Of a DNA stretch of 64,000 nt, positions 9,534 to 18,966 are shown one piece after another. The position numbers and the translations under genes are program-made. The notes beneath the pieces were generated by a model. That model did not search any database, was not told the DNA's origin, and saw nothing but the letters and a program-made list of their open reading frames with translations. The stretch is from Candidatus Omnitrophota bacterium (GTDB lineage: Bacteria > Omnitrophota > Omnitrophia > Omnitrophales > Aquincolibacteriaceae): NCBI GenBank assembly GCA_043732705.1, contig JAYTHE010000002.1:56385-120384 (forward strand), given 5' to 3'. How positions within the stretch are numbered: the stretch's first letter is position 1; every line of letters begins with the position of its first letter.

Positions 9534-10052
9534 TTAATGATAAAGCGTAGTTTCGAAGATTTCATCGTTGAGCGCGATTCCAATCACATTTTCCATGACG
9601 GAATAAAGCGTAATATGATTCGTTCTTTGAAGGGCATTACTGACTTGCGCAATGAAGCCGGCATCGAAAGATAAAAATTCCAGCCTTTCGCTGTAATCAA
9701 TTTTTCTATCCACCAATTTTTTAAAGACATCCAGCTCGCGTTTGGCTTCTTTTACAATAATGACGCGTGTATTCTTCAATTTTGTAGCGAGCGCTCCGAC
9801 TTTCTTCAGGGCGATTTTCCCGCAATCAATCCAAAGTTTCGGTACACCGTGATCGCCGGGGATCATGAGATCCGGTTTGTAATGCATGTCCGCGCTGACT
9901 TCGACCTTCAGTTCAGTATCGTAGTAAATGAGATAGGAAAGCAGTTTCATTACAACGTGGTTGCGCAGTTCGGAAAGGTCTTTGACGAGAATGATTTTGG
10001 TTTGCGGAGGGATTTTCGGGGCGCAGACTTCGAAAGTAAATTTTTCTATCAT
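9534..10052 (-). CDS. YaeQ-like protein
   Basis: E..HVVMKLLSY, KPDL, LWIDCG pattern typical of YaeQ. Confidence 0.6.
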   Translation of the reverse strand: MIEKFTFEVCAPKIPPQTKIILVKDLSELRNHVVMKLLSYLIYYDTELKVEVSADMHYKPDLMIPGDHGVPKLWIDCGKIALKKVGALATKLKNTRVIIVKEAKRELDVFKKLVDRKIDYSERLEFLSFDAGFIAQVSNALQRTNHITLYSVMENVIGIALNDEIFETTLYH

Positions 10053-10107
10053 GCGCGCATTATAAACATGCGCGCAGGTTTCAGGGCGAAAGTTTTCGGA
10101 AAGAAGA

Positions 10108-10134
10108 CTGGATCCCCGCCTCCGCGAGGATGAC
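10108..10134 (-). repeat. REP-like palindrome, GTCATCCCCGCG..GCGGGGATCCAG family
   Basis: Reverse complement matches the copies at 17860 and 34382. Confidence 0.8.
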
Positions 10135-10157
10135 GAGCTTATTAAATTAACGACTCG

Positions 10158-10304
10158 TCAGTTCAGATAAAAAGTCTTAAGCCAGGCGTCATCGTTTTTA
10201 GCCGGATCAATCGGGCGTTTGATCTGAGTCTGGCAGCCCGCGATCTTAAAGCTGTATCTCTTCTTGCCTAAGGCGAAGCCGCGGGATTGTTTTTTCATTT
10301 TCAT
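10158..10304 (-). CDS. Putative 48-aa basic small protein MKMKKQSRGF...KTFYLN
   Basis: GAGGAG SD; ATG abuts the stop of the upstream ORF; not in the ORF track. Confidence 0.55.
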   Translation of the reverse strand: MKMKKQSRGFALGKKRYSFKIAGCQTQIKRPIDPAKNDDAWLKTFYLN

Positions 10305-10706
10305 TCAGTTCTCCTCGGTTAATTGGTTAATTAGGCTGACAAGAACATCGTTAAACTTTCTTACGGCGCGGATTTTTTCGGTGGGATACTTAAAATGAGC
10401 AGGAACTTCGATTTCGAGATTTAAAATGATATCCAAGTCTTGGACGGGATGAAGATAATCGAATTTAATCCAGAAGCGGCTTTTCAAGCGCGGGGCGTAA
10501 CATTCACAAAATCCCTCAGCGGTGCTGAAACCTAAAAAGCGGAAATAATCCCCCTGACAAACCTGCTCACCGTCTTCATAGTGTCTTTTGAAAGCAAGGC
10601 TCTCTACTAGCTTAAGCCAATCTCCGCACTGAGGTATTTCTTCCCGGGTCATAATACCGCCTAGGATACGCAAGCGTGATTTGTTACCAATAAATAAATC
10701 GACCAT
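10305..10706 (-). CDS. Hypothetical protein
   Basis: 133-aa ORF divergent from tag; no family recognised. Confidence 0.55.
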   Translation of the reverse strand: MVDLFIGNKSRLRILGGIMTREEIPQCGDWLKLVESLAFKRHYEDGEQVCQGDYFRFLGFSTAEGFCECYAPRLKSRFWIKFDYLHPVQDLDIILNLEIEVPAHFKYPTEKIRAVRKFNDVLVSLINQLTEEN

Positions 10707-10775
10707 GTCTTATCAAAAATTGAGCCAATTTCATGAAAAATTTAAATTATTTTACAAACCATGTAAAATGCGCGT

Positions 10776-11357
10776 ATGGAAAAGCAAAAGCCACGCTGCG
10801 GTTGGGCCAAAGAAGGGTTGATGCGGCGCTATCACGATGAGGAATGGGGTGTGCCCGTTTATGAAGACCAAAAGCAGTTTGAATTCTTGATCCTTGAAAG
10901 TGCGCAGGCCGGTTTAAGCTGGTCTTGTGTGCTTAATAAGCGTGAAAATTACTGCAAAGCTTTCGCCGGCTTTAATCCTAAAAAAGTGGCGCAGTTTGGC
11001 GCCGCGGATGTCAAAAAACTTTTAAATAATGCCGGAATTATCCGTAACTGTCTCAAAATTGAAGCCGCGATCAATAATGCCAAGCGTTTTCTTGAAATTC
11101 AAAAAGAATTCGGTAGTTTTTCAAATTATATTTGGCCTTTTGCCGCGAAGCTCAAATCCAAACCGCTTAAAACTTTGAAAGATTTACCGGCGATGACAGC
11201 TGAGTCAGAAACTTTGACCAAAGATATGAAAAAACGCGGATTCAAATTTTTGGGCGGAACGGTGCTTTACTCGCATATGCAGGCCGTCGGTATGGTGAAT
11301 GACCATTTGGTTTCTTGTTTCCGGCATCGAGAGATCAAGCAATTATGGAAAAAATGA
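10776..11357 (+). CDS. tag: DNA-3-methyladenine glycosylase I
   Basis: [31 protein letters not shown]. Confidence 0.95.
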   Translation: MEKQKPRCGWAKEGLMRRYHDEEWGVPVYEDQKQFEFLILESAQAGLSWSCVLNKRENYCKAFAGFNPKKVAQFGAADVKKLLNNAGIIRNCLKIEAAINNAKRFLEIQKEFGSFSNYIWPFAAKLKSKPLKTLKDLPAMTAESETLTKDMKKRGFKFLGGTVLYSHMQAVGMVNDHLVSCFRHREIKQLWKK

Positions 11358-11641
11358 CAAGCGGTCCGGGATGGTCTCTGTCTTCCGATGACGAACCTAA
11401 GCCGGTTAAAAAAGCCAATCCTGATTCTCCCAAGCCCCAGATTCGATTGGAAAAAAGAGCCGGGAAATATGTTACGGTGATTGCGGGTTTGCATACTTAT
11501 GGCTCAGACCGGTTGAATACAATTGCCAAAGAATTAAAATCGCTTTGCGGTTCCGGTGGAACTGTTAAGGACGGGGTGATTGAAATTCAAGGCGATAAAG
11601 TAAAAGTTATTCAGGCCTGGTTTCAAAAGAATATCAAGTAG
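11354..11641 (+). CDS. yciH: SUI1/YciH translation initiation factor
   Basis: [28 protein letters not shown]; ATGA overlap with tag. Confidence 0.9.
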   Translation: MTSGPGWSLSSDDEPKPVKKANPDSPKPQIRLEKRAGKYVTVIAGLHTYGSDRLNTIAKELKSLCGSGGTVKDGVIEIQGDKVKVIQAWFQKNIK

Positions 11642-12551
11642 AAGGCATTTTGAGCAAGTGTCCGAGCTGTTCTTTATCTTGCTCAGAATCATCAGTTTGA
11701 GAATCCGATGACTGCGCCGCTTTGGCAGCGAGCCCCTGCATGTCTGCGGGCGCTTTTGACAAAGAGCTTTTTTCTGTAGCCGCAGCGCCTTGCTCAACGT
11801 GTATTTTGCCCTTTTCATCGATCATAAAATGACTGGATTTATCCGCGCCTTGAATGGGATCGGCATACACTTGGGCTCCCTGGTCGGTTGCTTCGACTCG
11901 AAAGCGGTAACCATTTTTGCCGTCTTTATAACTCGGATCGACTCCGCCTTCTTTAATTAACCTGTCCAAGTTTAACTTTTTTGTTCCGCCTTCTTCCATG
12001 GCGATGGCGGTTGCCTGGGAATGAAGATTGCGAAGGTCAACCATGACCGAAAGTTCAGAAGCATAATTTTTTAATGCGCCAAGATCAAGGCCTCCGAACA
12101 TTTTTTTTAATTGCTCCAAGGGGTCCAAAGACGACGCGGAAGCGGGAGGTGCGGCTGGAAGAGACGCTGCTTGCTGCATTAGCGGCAGCGGTTGAACCGG
12201 GGCCGCCGGTGCGGGAACTGCGGCAGGATGATTGCCGCCTTTAATGCGCTGCTCGGAAATTTTCCCCGCGGCATCTTTTACAAAAATCCGGTCCTGTTTG
12301 ACTTCCATGACTTGATAGCCCTGGTATTGTTCGCCTTTTTTATAAATATTTCCGTCAATGACGGCAAAGGACTGAGAGGGATTTTTGGATTCATAGACGA
12401 TACCTTCGACCGGAAGAGCTTCGTCTACCGCGTAAGATTTTTCCGTAAGGGGAAAAATGACAAGGATGGCGGCCGCGCACAAGAATAAACATGGGTTGTT
12501 AGAACATTGCATATATTTTATTTCGACTTCCCCTATAAAAACATGACTCAC
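11634..12551 (-). CDS. Exported protein with a GspB/GspC-like beta domain, Pro/Ala linker and pilin-like globular domain
   Basis: VEGIVY..SFAVIDG..KKGE; GYRF..YADP..FMIDEKG; the start codon is uncertain. Confidence 0.5.
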   Translation of the reverse strand: MSHVFIGEVEIKYMQCSNNPCLFLCAAAILVIFPLTEKSYAVDEALPVEGIVYESKNPSQSFAVIDGNIYKKGEQYQGYQVMEVKQDRIFVKDAAGKISEQRIKGGNHPAAVPAPAAPVQPLPLMQQAASLPAAPPASASSLDPLEQLKKMFGGLDLGALKNYASELSVMVDLRNLHSQATAIAMEEGGTKKLNLDRLIKEGGVDPSYKDGKNGYRFRVEATDQGAQVYADPIQGADKSSHFMIDEKGKIHVEQGAAATEKSSLSKAPADMQGLAAKAAQSSDSQTDDSEQDKEQLGHLLKMPST

Positions 12552-12665
12552 TAAAAGTGTGCCGTTATCTTATAAATATTAAAAGGGTAGAAGCATTGTT
12601 TTTGCTTTCGTTTTAGAATAGGAAAGTTAATAAATTTTTTGAAAAACTTATTTAAGGACAGAAAA

Positions 12666-13586
12666 ATGGTGAAGGGGCTTACGGTATCAATTCTTTTGGG
12701 AGCGCTATTTTTTCAAGGCTGCGCATCGCAGGCTGGATTTTCAGAATCTTTTCCCAGGCGTTTAACGGAAACTCAAAATGTTTGGTATTACCGGAGTCGT
12801 GGAAATCCGGGTATGTCGCCATTTTCAAATCCGGGTGCTGTTGGCTATCAAGATGGGTTGATGAGCTTGCAGCAAGTTTTAGATCGCTTGGTTTATGTTT
12901 CACCTTTGAGGGGTTATTCGATTAAACTCGCTGTGGTGAATGATTCGAAAGTGAACGCTCATACGGATGGCTCAACGATTTATTTGAATTCGGGCCTTTT
13001 GACAGCGTTTCGCTATCACGATGACTTAGTGGCTTCAGTGATGGCGCATGAGCTCGGGCATATTCTCGCGAATCATCAACTGGAAGGGCAAAAGCGCGGT
13101 TCATCGCTAAGCTACCTGGGTTATTTAACCCCCGCTTTAGGTATTTTGCCCTACGGAAATTTGTATGGAAGTCTTGCCGGAACGGCTGTTCAGCAAGGCG
13201 CCCAAATGCGGCAATATTCTTATGACCGGCTTCAGGAGAATGAAGCGGATGCCATAGGTGTTTTTTTAGCGACGGATGCGGGCTACAACGGCATGGGGCT
13301 GAGCCAATTTTTTGATTATGTCGGCAGTTCAAGTTTTTCAACCCCCAGAAACTTATCGATTCCCACGAGCCTCAGCTCCATTCCTCAAAGCGCGGCAATT
13401 ACCTTACTGAGCACAAGCCCGCTTTATCAAACCCATCCGCGTTCCGCAAAGCGGAAAGAAATCGTGGAGCTTGTATTAAAAAGAAAAAAAGGTTTGATTA
13501 CCCAAGAACAGCTTCGGAAGCAGTCCGCATGGGTGGCCGATCTTTATGAAACGCTTGAAAGAAAGGTTCCCAAAACAGGCCGCTAA
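12666..13586 (+). CDS. M48-family zinc metallopeptidase, probable lipoprotein
   Basis: VNA, AHELGH, ENEAD, THP; lipobox-like FQGC. Confidence 0.88.
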   Translation: MVKGLTVSILLGALFFQGCASQAGFSESFPRRLTETQNVWYYRSRGNPGMSPFSNPGAVGYQDGLMSLQQVLDRLVYVSPLRGYSIKLAVVNDSKVNAHTDGSTIYLNSGLLTAFRYHDDLVASVMAHELGHILANHQLEGQKRGSSLSYLGYLTPALGILPYGNLYGSLAGTAVQQGAQMRQYSYDRLQENEADAIGVFLATDAGYNGMGLSQFFDYVGSSSFSTPRNLSIPTSLSSIPQSAAITLLSTSPLYQTHPRSAKRKEIVELVLKRKKGLITQEQLRKQSAWVADLYETLERKVPKTGR

Positions 13587-13672
13587 CTTGATGAGTTTTC
13601 AATGTTGAAGGAATGTGTGGTTTCGTTTATCTTCGGCAGAAGCGTTAGCCCGCGCAATCGTGTATAATTTAG

Positions 13673-15256
13673 TTGGAAATACGAAATAATGAGGTTCCTG
13701 TGAAGCATTTGCCGACAGCATCGGAGATTCCGGATTTTAGAACCCTCTTTGAATCCGCCCCGGGATTATATCTCGTCCTCAATCCCGATTTGACGATTAT
13801 CGCTGTCAGCGATAATTATTTGCGCGCGACCATGACCGAGCGTGTAAAAATCCTCAACCGGAATCTTTTTGAGGTTTTTCCCGATAATCCGGATGATCCC
13901 AACGCGACCGGCGTGCGGAATTTAAAAGCTTCTTTGGAGCGCGTCTTTAAAAACAGAATTCCCGATAAGATGGCTGTTCAAAAATACGATATTCGCCGTC
14001 CGGAATCGGAAGGCGGAAAATTTGAAGAAAGGTATTGGAGCCCGTTGAATACGCCTGTTTTTGAAAAGGGGCGCAAAGGTATCGCCTACATCATTCATTG
14101 CGTGGAAGACGCGACGGAACTTGTTCGCTTGAGGCGGCACGGTGATGAACAGAAAAAATGGGCCGCTCAAAAATTCCAAAGTCTTCTCGATGCCGCGCCG
14201 GATGCGATGGTTATTATGAATCGCGACGGAGGAATTGTGCTTATGAATGCGCAATGTGAAAGTATTTTTGGGTTCAGACACGATGAATTGTTTGGAAAGC
14301 GAATAGAGGTTTTAATTCCCAATTGGTATCACTCTCAGTATTTCGGCCGGGGCGAAGACAATTTTTCAAATTTTCAAGCTTCGTCCACGCGACTTGATAC
14401 GGATCTTTCCGCTCTGCGTAAGGATCAGACGGAGTTTCCGGTGGAAATTAGTTTAAGTCCGCTGACGACAGAAGAAGGAACGCTTGTGATAGCTGCAATT
14501 CGTGATATCACGGAAAGGAAAAAAGCGGAAAAGATGATTCTTCAAAAAACAGCGGACCTTGTGCGCTCCCAATCGGAGCTGGACCAATTGGAGCTATTTG
14601 CTTTCGCCGCCACGCATGATTTACGAGAACCTCTGCACAAGATTGTTACGTTGGGAGACCTCTTGGATATTCATAGCGGAATGCTTCTCGATGAAAATGG
14701 AAAAAACTACCTTATGCGGATGCGTGTTGCCGCCAAAAAAATGGCGGAAATGTTCGATCAGCTGCGAACTTTATCTCAAATTGTGGCGGGCGGGCATTCT
14801 TTCGAGCCCCTGGATTTACAAAACATCATTCGCGAAGTAGTTGCGGATTTAGATGTCCGCGTGATGGAGGTTAGAGCGAAAATTGAAGTGGGAAATTTTC
14901 CCAAAGTCAAAGCGGACCCGACTCAAATGCGGCAGCTCTTTCAAAATTTGATTGCGAATGCCTTAAAATTCAGAAAAGAGAACGAGCCTTTAAAGATTGC
15001 AATTGAAAACTTTGAAGCGGGTCAAGGATTTATTGGAATTGCCGTGAAAGATAACGGCATTGGGTTTGACGAAAAGTATTTAGGGCGAATTTTCAAGCCT
15101 TTTCAAAGATTGAATTCCACGGGAGCCTACGGCGGAAGCGGAATAGGTCTGGCGATTTGTCATAAAATAGTTTTACGCCATGGTGGACAAATTACGGCGC
15201 AAAGCGCTCCCGGGCAGGGAACAGTTTTTTTTGTGAGCTTGCCGAGCCATAGTTAG
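13673..15256 (+). CDS. PAS-PAS sensor histidine kinase
   Basis: Two PAS domains, HDLREPL H-box, NALKF, DNGIG, GSGIGL. Confidence 0.92.
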   Translation: MEIRNNEVPVKHLPTASEIPDFRTLFESAPGLYLVLNPDLTIIAVSDNYLRATMTERVKILNRNLFEVFPDNPDDPNATGVRNLKASLERVFKNRIPDKMAVQKYDIRRPESEGGKFEERYWSPLNTPVFEKGRKGIAYIIHCVEDATELVRLRRHGDEQKKWAAQKFQSLLDAAPDAMVIMNRDGGIVLMNAQCESIFGFRHDELFGKRIEVLIPNWYHSQYFGRGEDNFSNFQASSTRLDTDLSALRKDQTEFPVEISLSPLTTEEGTLVIAAIRDITERKKAEKMILQKTADLVRSQSELDQLELFAFAATHDLREPLHKIVTLGDLLDIHSGMLLDENGKNYLMRMRVAAKKMAEMFDQLRTLSQIVAGGHSFEPLDLQNIIREVVADLDVRVMEVRAKIEVGNFPKVKADPTQMRQLFQNLIANALKFRKENEPLKIAIENFEAGQGFIGIAVKDNGIGFDEKYLGRIFKPFQRLNSTGAYGGSGIGLAICHKIVLRHGGQITAQSAPGQGTVFFVSLPSHS

Positions 15257-15275
15257 CAAAGAAAGGTAGGATTGA

Positions 15276-15722
15276 ATGGTCAATAAAAAAAAACCAATTA
15301 TTTTAATGGCGGAAGACGATGACGACTTTTACACCCTGTTTAAAGAGGCATTTAAACAGTTGGATTCGGCCGGCGAAATCCGGCGTGTTGAAGACGGAGA
15401 AGCCCTGATGGATTATCTTCTGCGGCGCGGAGAATATCAGAACCCGGATCTGTCACCCGCACCCGGAATAATTTTTTTAGATTTAAACATGCCGAAGAAA
15501 AACGGCCTTGAAGCTTTGAGAGAAATTCGCTCGAACCCAGCACTCAGAAGCATTCCGGTAGTTATGCTCACGGTTTCTAATAATAAAAGCGATGTCCTTC
15601 TCAGTTACAAACTTGGCGTGAATTCTTTCGTGACCAAGCCCTACGAATTCAACCGGCTCGTTGAGGTGCTAAAAGTTTTTCAACAGTATTGGTTTGAAAC
15701 AGTTGAACTTCCCGGGGCGTAG
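15276..15722 (+). CDS. Single-domain response regulator (Rcp1-like)
   Basis: AEDD, LDLNMP, TKP, YWF tail. Confidence 0.9.
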   Translation: MVNKKKPIILMAEDDDDFYTLFKEAFKQLDSAGEIRRVEDGEALMDYLLRRGEYQNPDLSPAPGIIFLDLNMPKKNGLEALREIRSNPALRSIPVVMLTVSNNKSDVLLSYKLGVNSFVTKPYEFNRLVEVLKVFQQYWFETVELPGA

Positions 15723-15769
15723 CGTTTCAATTTTTTTATGGATGGCCTCTTATTGAAAGGATTGCAATT

Positions 15770-16645
15770 GTGAAAAGTGAAAAAGGCACCATTTTAGTCG
15801 CGGATGATGAAAGAGATGTTTTGACAGGCTTAGTTCATATTCTTGAAAATGTCGGATATGAGGTTTATACGGCATCAAACGGGAATGAAGCGCTTCAAAA
15901 AGCAGCCGAGTTTTCGCCGGATCTCATTTTGCTTGATGTTCTTATGCCCGGCATGGATGGCAAAGAAGTTAAAGCCAAGTTGAATGATGATCCCGGCCTT
16001 GCTGAAACCCCGGTTATTTTTCTCAGCGCAAAAAAAGCAACGAATGATAAGTTAGACGGATTTTTGCTCGAAGCCGAAGATTACATTACCAAGCCTTTTG
16101 AGGTCGTGGAGCTTTTGGCGCGTGTTCGGTCTGTTCTTCGCCGCCGCCGGCATTATGAAGAAATTTCTATGACCGATGGTTTGACCGGGCTTGCCAATGT
16201 TCACCTTTTGAAGCGCGAGTTGAACCTGTTCTTTAATATCGCAAAACGCTACAAACATTTTTTTTCAATCGTAGTTTTTGATATCGACAATTTTAAGGTT
16301 ATCAACGACAGTTTTGGCCATCGTGCCGGAGACGAGGTCATTAAGTGGGTGGCGGTTTCGCTTAAGGAATGTTTGCGGGAAGCCGATTTGGTTGCGCGCT
16401 GCGGCGGCGATGAGTTTGTCGCACTTTTTCCGCATACGGCGGGCAAGCAGGCTGAAGTACCGCTTCTCCGTTTCCGTGAAGTATTAAAAAAAGGATTGCA
16501 GCTTGCAGGGAAAAGCCAAGTGATCACCGTTTCAGTCAGTGCCGGGATCGCGGTTTACAATCCGGATATCCAAAAAGCCTGGGACCTTTTTGAATCAGCT
16601 GATAAAGAAATGTACGTCGAAAAAGCTGCGAAAAAAGTTCAATAA
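15770..16645 (+). CDS. REC-GGDEF diguanylate cyclase
   Basis: REC domain; DGLTG, DIDNFK, RxxD I-site (READ), GGDEF. Confidence 0.92.
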   Translation: MKSEKGTILVADDERDVLTGLVHILENVGYEVYTASNGNEALQKAAEFSPDLILLDVLMPGMDGKEVKAKLNDDPGLAETPVIFLSAKKATNDKLDGFLLEAEDYITKPFEVVELLARVRSVLRRRRHYEEISMTDGLTGLANVHLLKRELNLFFNIAKRYKHFFSIVVFDIDNFKVINDSFGHRAGDEVIKWVAVSLKECLREADLVARCGGDEFVALFPHTAGKQAEVPLLRFREVLKKGLQLAGKSQVITVSVSAGIAVYNPDIQKAWDLFESADKEMYVEKAAKKVQ

Positions 16646-16712
16646 AGACCGACGTGGTTTTTTTGCGCTTGTCCGGCAGCAGTTTAATGCTCTGCTATAA
16701 TGCCCGCCATGA

Positions 16713-16819
16713 ATCCCGTTAGAAAATTAAACAATAAGGCGTGGGCAGGTTTGCTCAAATTTGTGGCAAATAGATTGTCTTTAGAGAACAATAATTTTTT
16801 GAGGAGTTTCTAACGGGAT
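16713..16819. mobile_element. Miniature inverted-repeat element (CCCGTTAGAAA family)
   Basis: ATCCCGTTAGAAA...TTTCTAACGGGAT with ATGAAT on both sides; a related copy lies at 33144. Confidence 0.75.
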
Positions 16820-17834
16820 GAATTCTTTACCTTGGAAGCGCATGAAAGAAGACAAGCTGATGAATGAAACCATCAGTCGCCTTGGCCTTCAAATCGCAGG
16901 TTCGGCGCTTGAGCCTTTGATCGCGCGATTGTACGCGGATCTTGCCGCAAAAAACCTCAGTTTTAACCCGCCTTGTTTTTTAGCCGATGAATGGTTTTGT
17001 CCGGTGGGGGTGCCTGCGATTGGAATTCCATTTTATTTGGCAAGCCCGCGTTTGCGCAAATTGGAGAAAAAAATGATTCTCGAAGTTGAGGGTGGTAGTA
17101 CGACAGAGTTTATGAAGCTCATGCGTCATGAAGCCGGGCATGCTTATTCTTATGCTTATGGACTTTACCGTAAACCTGCTTGGCGGGCTTTGTTTGGATC
17201 GGCCGCAACAGAATATCCTGATACTTATCATCCGCGCCCGTACAGCAAAAGCTACGTGATTCACCTTGAGAATTGGTATGCGCAAAGTCATCCGGACGAA
17301 GATTTTGCCGAAACCTTCGCGATTTGGTTAACGCCGGGCTTGAATTGGCGCAAGCGCTACAAAGGTTGGAAAGCGCTCAAGAAACTTGAGTTCGTGGATA
17401 AACTTATGAAAAGTTTGCATGGTAAGGTGCCTGTCTGCCTGCCGAAATCTGACTTACGTGAATTCGCGGGGCTGAATATGAAGCTTAAAACTTATTTCAA
17501 ACAAAAGATGAAGTTATACGAAGATACCTATCCGCATTTTTATGACCGTGATTTGAAATCGCTTTTTACGGATAAAGAAGAAGAGCGTTCTGCGGTGAAA
17601 GCTGCGGATTATTTGGGCAAAGCCAACGATAAGCTGGTGCGTGCGGTTGCATATTGGACTAAAGAAAAACGCTATACGATCGATCAGTTAATGAAGCGGC
17701 TTGTACGCCGCGCGGGAGAATTGGGGCTTTATGTCAGGGAAGGGCAGCAAAATACCGACATGCAGGCCTCGGCCTTCGTCTCAACACTTGTTTCAACCTA
17801 TCTTTTTACTGGAAAGTTTAAACGATCCAAATGA
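16818..17834 (+). CDS. Putative zinc-binding metallopeptidase (Peptidase_Mx-like)
   Basis: RHEAGHA and YAQSHPDEDFAETFA. Confidence 0.8.
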   Translation: MNSLPWKRMKEDKLMNETISRLGLQIAGSALEPLIARLYADLAAKNLSFNPPCFLADEWFCPVGVPAIGIPFYLASPRLRKLEKKMILEVEGGSTTEFMKLMRHEAGHAYSYAYGLYRKPAWRALFGSAATEYPDTYHPRPYSKSYVIHLENWYAQSHPDEDFAETFAIWLTPGLNWRKRYKGWKALKKLEFVDKLMKSLHGKVPVCLPKSDLREFAGLNMKLKTYFKQKMKLYEDTYPHFYDRDLKSLFTDKEEERSAVKAADYLGKANDKLVRAVAYWTKEKRYTIDQLMKRLVRRAGELGLYVREGQQNTDMQASAFVSTLVSTYLFTGKFKRSK

Positions 17835-17859
17835 GGGTGAGGGATTTATCTCGATCCAC

Positions 17860-17885
17860 TCATCCCCGCGAAGGCGGGGATCCAG
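17860..17885 (+). repeat. REP-like palindrome
   Basis: tcatccccgcgaaggcggggatccag. Confidence 0.8.
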
Positions 17886-17946
17886 GATGAACTATTACAT
17901 ATGCTTGAATTGAAAAAAATCTGGGATTGTTGATGAGGGGTCTTTT

Positions 17947-18966
17947 ATGAAGACGACACCGCGGGTTTTGGTTGCTTTCAATACGCTTTCCGCGTTTCCT
18001 CCCGATCAAGACTATACCGACGAATTGAAATTGCCGGATTGGCAGACGGAAGCGCATGTTGTGGCTGCTTTGCGCGAACTCGACTTTCCTTTTGAATTAC
18101 TTGGAGTCTATGACGACACATCGGTCTTTCAGAAAAAAATAGAATCTTTTAAGCCGGATGTCATTTTTAATCTGGTTGAACGTTTTAAAAACAGCGCGGC
18201 GCATGAAGCTGATATTGCCGCTTTTTTAAGGCTTACCGGCGTGCCTTTTACGGGTTGCGGCGCGACGGCGATTACATTGTGCAAAAATAAAGGCCTCGCG
18301 AAGCAAATTCTTTCGCATCACCGCATCCGCGTTCCGCAATTCGTCATCCTGCCGTTTAAAAAGAAAGTGCATCGGCCCAAGCGTTTAACTTTCCCGATTT
18401 TCGTGAAACCTTTAAAGGAAGAAGCTTCGGTTGGAATTTCACAGGCTTCCGTTGTGGATAATGACGATCAATTTTGCGAACGCGTGCAATTTTTGCACGA
18501 CACACTGAATCAAGATGTGATCGCGGAACAATTTATTTCGGGCCGTGAAATCTATGTTGGAATTATCGGCGATGACCGTCTCGAGGTTTTTCCGTTCCGT
18601 GAAATGGTTTTCTCGAGGGTTGATGATGAAGATCCTAAGATCGCGACTTACAAGGCTAAATGGGATGAAACTTACCGCAAAAAATGGGGTATTAAAAATA
18701 AGTTCGCGGATGATATTTCTCCGGCGCTTGAGGACAAAATTAAAAAATTGTCGAAACGCATTTACCGCGCGCTTGGAATTCGCGGCGCAGCGCGCCTTGA
18801 CTTGCGGTTAACATCCGAGGGCGAAGTTTTTTTTATCGAAGCGAATCCGAATCCGATGCTCGCGAAAGATGAAGATTTTGCTTTATCCGCGCAGAAGGCG
18901 GGGTTAAGTTATCCTGAATTAATACGGCGCCTAATTAACCTGGCGCCGGCCGAGGAAGAAGCATGA
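17947..18966 (+). CDS. D-Ala-D-Ala ligase-like ATP-grasp enzyme
   Basis: VFNLVE-like, PFTG, FVKP..EEASVGI, EQFISGRE, RLDLR, IEANPNP. Confidence 0.85.
   Translation: MKTTPRVLVAFNTLSAFPPDQDYTDELKLPDWQTEAHVVAALRELDFPFELLGVYDDTSVFQKKIESFKPDVIFNLVERFKNSAAHEADIAAFLRLTGVPFTGCGATAITLCKNKGLAKQILSHHRIRVPQFVILPFKKKVHRPKRLTFPIFVKPLKEEASVGISQASVVDNDDQFCERVQFLHDTLNQDVIAEQFISGREIYVGIIGDDRLEVFPFREMVFSRVDDEDPKIATYKAKWDETYRKKWGIKNKFADDISPALEDKIKKLSKRIYRALGIRGAARLDLRLTSEGEVFFIEANPNPMLAKDEDFALSAQKAGLSYPELIRRLINLAPAEEEA

Noticed and set aside
17947-18966. Vancomycin-resistance locus (Ddl-like gene plus VanZ at 5146)
   Set aside because: The genes are 12 kb apart, there is no vanH/vanX/vanRS, and both families are widespread
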